A DNA stretch of 32,000 nt from an uncultured Chloroflexia bacterium (GTDB lineage Bacteria > Chloroflexota > Anaerolineae > Anaerolineales > Anaerolineaceae). The position numbers and the translations under genes are program-made. Where the stretch lies: contig OY969938.1 of assembly GCA_963704755.1 (NCBI GenBank), positions 2,790,001 through 2,822,000 of the forward strand, read 5' to 3'. Positions 29,335 through 32,000 of the stretch are shown here, piece by piece. The number at the start of each line of letters is the position of its first letter. Positions within the stretch are counted from its first letter, which is position 1. The notes under the pieces were generated by a model. That model was not told where the DNA came from. It was given only the letters and a program-made list of their open reading frames with translations, and made no database searches.

Positions 29335-30186
29335 ATGGGCTATACGGTTGACGAACTAATCGAAAAAGTGGGTAAGCTGCCGCCGTTTCCCCAGGCAGCC
29401 ACAAAAACCCTGGAGTTGATTCGAAACCCAGATTCCAATGTGGCCGAGGTGGTCAATGCCCTTTCGGTGGATCAGGTGCTGACCGGCATCGTTCTGCGTT
29501 GGGCCAACTCGGCTTATTTTGGGGTCGAAACACGCGTGACCACCGTCCAGCAGGCCGTGATGATGCTGGGGCTCTACCGTGTCTATGAACTGATCCTTTC
29601 TGCTTCGATGAGTAATTATCTCGACCGGCCGGTTCCGGGCTACGACCTCAAGCGAGGGGAGCTGTGGCGCCACTCGTTAGGAGTGGGCTATGGGGCCAGA
29701 ATGCTGGCGCAAAGCCGCGGCTGGAACAATTCCGAAGAGCTTTATTTCTGCGGTTTGTTATGCGATATCGGCAAAATTGCCATGGAGCGGATGTTGCGGG
29801 ATATGCCCGGAAACGATCCGGACTGGGATGATAAATCCTTCGAAACGATCGAACGCGAGAAATTTGGCTTCAACCATGCCCAACTGGGAGCCGAGATCGC
29901 CCGGCGCTGGAATTTTCCCCCGGCGCTGATCGCTGTGATCGAGCATCACCATAACCCCAGCCAGGCCGGGCAGTTTGCATCCTCTGCCGCGGCGGTCCAT
30001 GTGGCCGATGCAGCCATGATGATTATGGGCATCGGTGTGGGCAAAGATGGCCTGCGCTATAACCTGGACGATGAAGCCGTTCAGAAGCTTGGGGTAAGCG
30101 AGAAGGAATTGTATCAATTGATCGAAAAAATGACCCTCCAAATCCGTATGGCTGAGGTATTTATCGGGGTTGGGGATGGCGAATAA
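29335..30186 (+). CDS. HDOD domain protein (second copy; His of the HD dyad replaced by Cys)
   Basis: Motifs LPPFPQAATKTLELIRNPDSNVAEVVNALSVDQVLTGIVLRWANSAYFG, QQAVMMLGL, LWRHSLGVG, GLLCDIGKIAM (CD where the other copy has HD), NHAQLGAEIARRWNFP and IEHHHNP. Confidence 0.85.
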   Translation: MGYTVDELIEKVGKLPPFPQAATKTLELIRNPDSNVAEVVNALSVDQVLTGIVLRWANSAYFGVETRVTTVQQAVMMLGLYRVYELILSASMSNYLDRPVPGYDLKRGELWRHSLGVGYGARMLAQSRGWNNSEELYFCGLLCDIGKIAMERMLRDMPGNDPDWDDKSFETIEREKFGFNHAQLGAEIARRWNFPPALIAVIEHHHNPSQAGQFASSAAAVHVADAAMMIMGIGVGKDGLRYNLDDEAVQKLGVSEKELYQLIEKMTLQIRMAEVFIGVGDGE

Positions 30187-30234
30187 AGGAAAGGTCAAGC
30201 TTGCAAGCATCGAGCTAAGAGGAGGTTAACCTGC

Positions 30235-30765
30235 ATGGATGTCCGATTTTTAAATCCTTTCGTTGAGGCAGCGATCGAGGTGATGAAGGCCGAGGTCGGC
30301 ATTGAAATTACACGAGGGGAGCTAAATGTTCATAAGACGGCGATGACCACTGACGACGTCACCGTATTGATCCACCTGGTAGGTGAGGTATATGGGGTGG
30401 TGATGTACGGTATGCCGGTGGAAACCGGCCTGAATTTTGTGTCAGAAATTATGGGCCAGAGTTTCAAAGAATTCAATTCTCTGGCTCAAAGCGGTGTGGC
30501 AGAGCTGGGCAACGTGATCACCGGCCGGGCCACAATCAAATTTGCCGAAGCTGGATTTGATGCCAATATTTCGCCACCCACCATTATCACAGGCAAAAGC
30601 GTTCAGATCTCCACGCTTGACTTTCCCCGGATCGTTGTTCCGTTGAAAACCAAACTGGGTGACCTCAAAGTTCACCTGGCATTAAGGGAAAAGCAAACCG
30701 GGAAAGATGAAAACCCGGACGATTTTGTCCAACTCACCATCGCAGAAGCCGCCCAGTCCGGTTGA
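30235..30765 (+). CDS. cheX: CheX-type CheY-P phosphatase (CheC-like family, single site)
   Basis: N-terminus FLNPFVEAAIEVMK. Single motif S-x3-E-x2-N-x(20-22)-P (SGVAELGNVITGRATIKFAEAGFDANISPPT), closely like Thermotoga CheX (ELGNMTAGK...DITPPT). AGGAGG ribosome-binding site. Confidence 0.87.
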   Translation: MDVRFLNPFVEAAIEVMKAEVGIEITRGELNVHKTAMTTDDVTVLIHLVGEVYGVVMYGMPVETGLNFVSEIMGQSFKEFNSLAQSGVAELGNVITGRATIKFAEAGFDANISPPTIITGKSVQISTLDFPRIVVPLKTKLGDLKVHLALREKQTGKDENPDDFVQLTIAEAAQSG

Positions 30766-30802
30766 TTGAGCGCCAGACAGGAACCCGGAAAGGAAATCCC
30801 GA

Positions 30803-31324
30803 ATGAATGTCAAGTTTTTAAATCCTTTTGTGGAAGGGGCATACGAAGTACTGTGCAGTGAGACCGGCCAAACCGTGACAAGAGGTGACCTGCGCCTGGA
30901 AAATACGATTTACCAGACAGACGATTTGACCGTGATTATCTCGCTGGTTGGCGCAGTCGTCGGGACAGTTTTCTACAGCATGCCCCAGGATGTAGCGATC
31001 AAGCTGGCCTCTACGCTTATGGGAGACAAACTCACCGAGTTGAACAATCTGGCCCAAAGCGGCATCGCCGAATTGGGCAATGTGATCACCGGACGGGCAA
31101 GCACCAAACTCTCGCAGGCCGGTTTTGAGTGCAATATATCGACCCCTTCCCTGATCTTGGGCAAAGGCGCATCCATCTCTACGCTGGATTGCCCCCGCCT
31201 GGTGGTGCCGCTGGCAACCGTTGCGGGTAACCTGGATATCCACCTGGCGCTACGGAATGGCAATGATAATGGCCTTAAAGCACCGCAGATGGCAATTCCC
31301 AAGGCATTTCAAACGATTGAATGA
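30803..31324 (+). CDS. cheX: CheX-type CheY-P phosphatase, tandem paralogue
   Basis: Motifs FLNPFVEGAYEVL and SGIAELGNVITGRASTKLSQAGFECNISTPS. Clear nucleotide-level similarity to the preceding gene around the active-site block. Confidence 0.87.
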   Translation: MNVKFLNPFVEGAYEVLCSETGQTVTRGDLRLENTIYQTDDLTVIISLVGAVVGTVFYSMPQDVAIKLASTLMGDKLTELNNLAQSGIAELGNVITGRASTKLSQAGFECNISTPSLILGKGASISTLDCPRLVVPLATVAGNLDIHLALRNGNDNGLKAPQMAIPKAFQTIE

Positions 31325-31350
31325 GATCGCCCCGGGCAGTGAACTAAGGA

Positions 31351-31403
31351 CCCAGTTTGAGGTGTTTGCAGGTGCCCGGCACCCGCAAACACCTCAAACT
31401 GGG
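31351..31403. repeat. Palindromic repeat, 'TTTGAGG...CCTCAAA' family copy: 19-bp perfect outer stem plus a 5-bp inner stem
   Basis: 31351-31369 (CCCAGTTTGAGGTGTTTGC) is the exact reverse complement of 31385-31403. The inner GGTGC/GCACC also pairs. The 3' flank GGACTTTTGAGCAGGA matches GAACTTTTTAGCAGGA after the 6463-6514 copy. It could also act as an intrinsic terminator or attenuator between cheX and cheW (stem followed by CUUUU). Confidence 0.9.
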
Positions 31404-31474
31404 GGACTTTTGAGCAGGAATGTTATTTTTATCAGTTCCCGGCAAGGATTTACCGAGAAGAAAGGGCACAAGAC

Positions 31475-31930
31475 ATGGAACATCAATTGGTTATTTTTGA
31501 GTTGGGTACAGAAAGTTACGGCGTTGAGATCGCCGCAGTTGAGGCAATTCTAAAACTACAGGACATTACTCGTCTGCCCCACGCGCCTTCGTTCGTCGAG
31601 GGAATTACGAATCTGCGTGGCTCGGTCATGCCGGTAGTCGATTTGCGCAAGCGCTTTGGATTGGAATCCCAGGATCCTACCCGCGAAACACGCATTGTTG
31701 TGGCCAATATGGGCGAAACCAAAGTCGGCCTGATCGTCGATGCGGTCACCCAGGTGATCCGCGTGCCGGATGACAAAATCGAGCCGCCCCCACCGATGTC
31801 GGTCACCATTAATTCGACCTTTATCAAAAACATTGCCAAGCTGGATCACCAACTGGTCATCATGCTCGACCTGGCCCGTGTTTTAGCCGCCGACGAGAAG
31901 GAACTCATCGCCAATTTACAGCCGGCCTGA
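31475..31930 (+). CDS. cheW: Chemotaxis coupling protein CheW
   Basis: Motifs LVIFELGTESYGVEIAAVEAIL, ITNLRGSVMPVVDLRKRFGL and VGLIVDAVTQVIRV. 151 aa. Confidence 0.95.
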   Translation: MEHQLVIFELGTESYGVEIAAVEAILKLQDITRLPHAPSFVEGITNLRGSVMPVVDLRKRFGLESQDPTRETRIVVANMGETKVGLIVDAVTQVIRVPDDKIEPPPPMSVTINSTFIKNIAKLDHQLVIMLDLARVLAADEKELIANLQPA

Positions 31931-32000
31931 GCTATAAGCCGGTTCCTGGCGCTTTTGAAAAATGATTGCCCCTTTTCACCCAATAATTAACGTGCTTTTT

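Overview
This 32-kb, moderately GC-rich bacterial window is almost entirely a flagellar export, motor and chemotaxis supercluster. Its gene order resembles the Firmicutes/Thermotogae/Spirochaete-type fla/che clusters (flbD-motA-motB-fliL-fliM-fliN-fliO-fliP-fliQ and cheA-cheC-cheD-cheY-cheB-cheR...cheW). The taxon cannot be fixed from the sequence alone.

Gene layout:
- Left edge, minus strand: one operon reading flgJ-like M23 peptidase -> YcgR-like PilZ protein -> fliR -> flhB -> flhA -> flhF, which runs off the window.
- Plus strand next: a TPR + GT-B-like glycosyltransferase gene, a translationally coupled paralogous GT-B-like gene, and a cytoplasmic FGE/SUMF1-fold gene that lacks the catalytic Cys pair.
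- Minus strand: a signalling operon made of a REC-PAS-PAS-GAF-PAS-HK hybrid, an OmpR-type regulator and a soluble GAF-PAS histidine kinase.
- Plus strand: flbD-motAB-fliLMNOPQ, then an HDOD protein and a receiver with a degenerate acidic pocket.
- After a 606-bp leader: cheA-cheC-cheD-cheY-cheB-cheR-HDOD-cheX-cheX-cheW.

Most unusual observations:
1. The two long intergenic regions between divergent operons (about 6.06-6.82 kb and 15.77-16.36 kb) are packed with perfect long hairpins (stems of 31, 23, 25, 19 and 15 bp). Three of them carry a GCGAAGC apex. One hairpin type recurs with its 3' flank at 9.6 kb (collapsed copy) and 31.35 kb, so it is a dispersed palindromic repeat family.
2. The canonical fliPQR-flhBA block is broken between fliQ and fliR. 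The fliR-flhF part is inverted and lies about 17 kb away, with accessory cargo in between.
3. Accessory signalling and modification genes sit inside the flagellar operons: a PilZ protein, two HDOD proteins, three CheC-family phosphatases and the TPR-GT/GT/FGE-like trio.
4. fliL and the flgJ-like gene both show +1 frame discontinuities at homopolymer runs.

I saw no rRNA, tRNA, CRISPR array, transposase, flagellin, hook/rod or MCP gene. All functional calls rest on motifs I recognised by eye in the supplied translations. No HMM or BLAST search was run.
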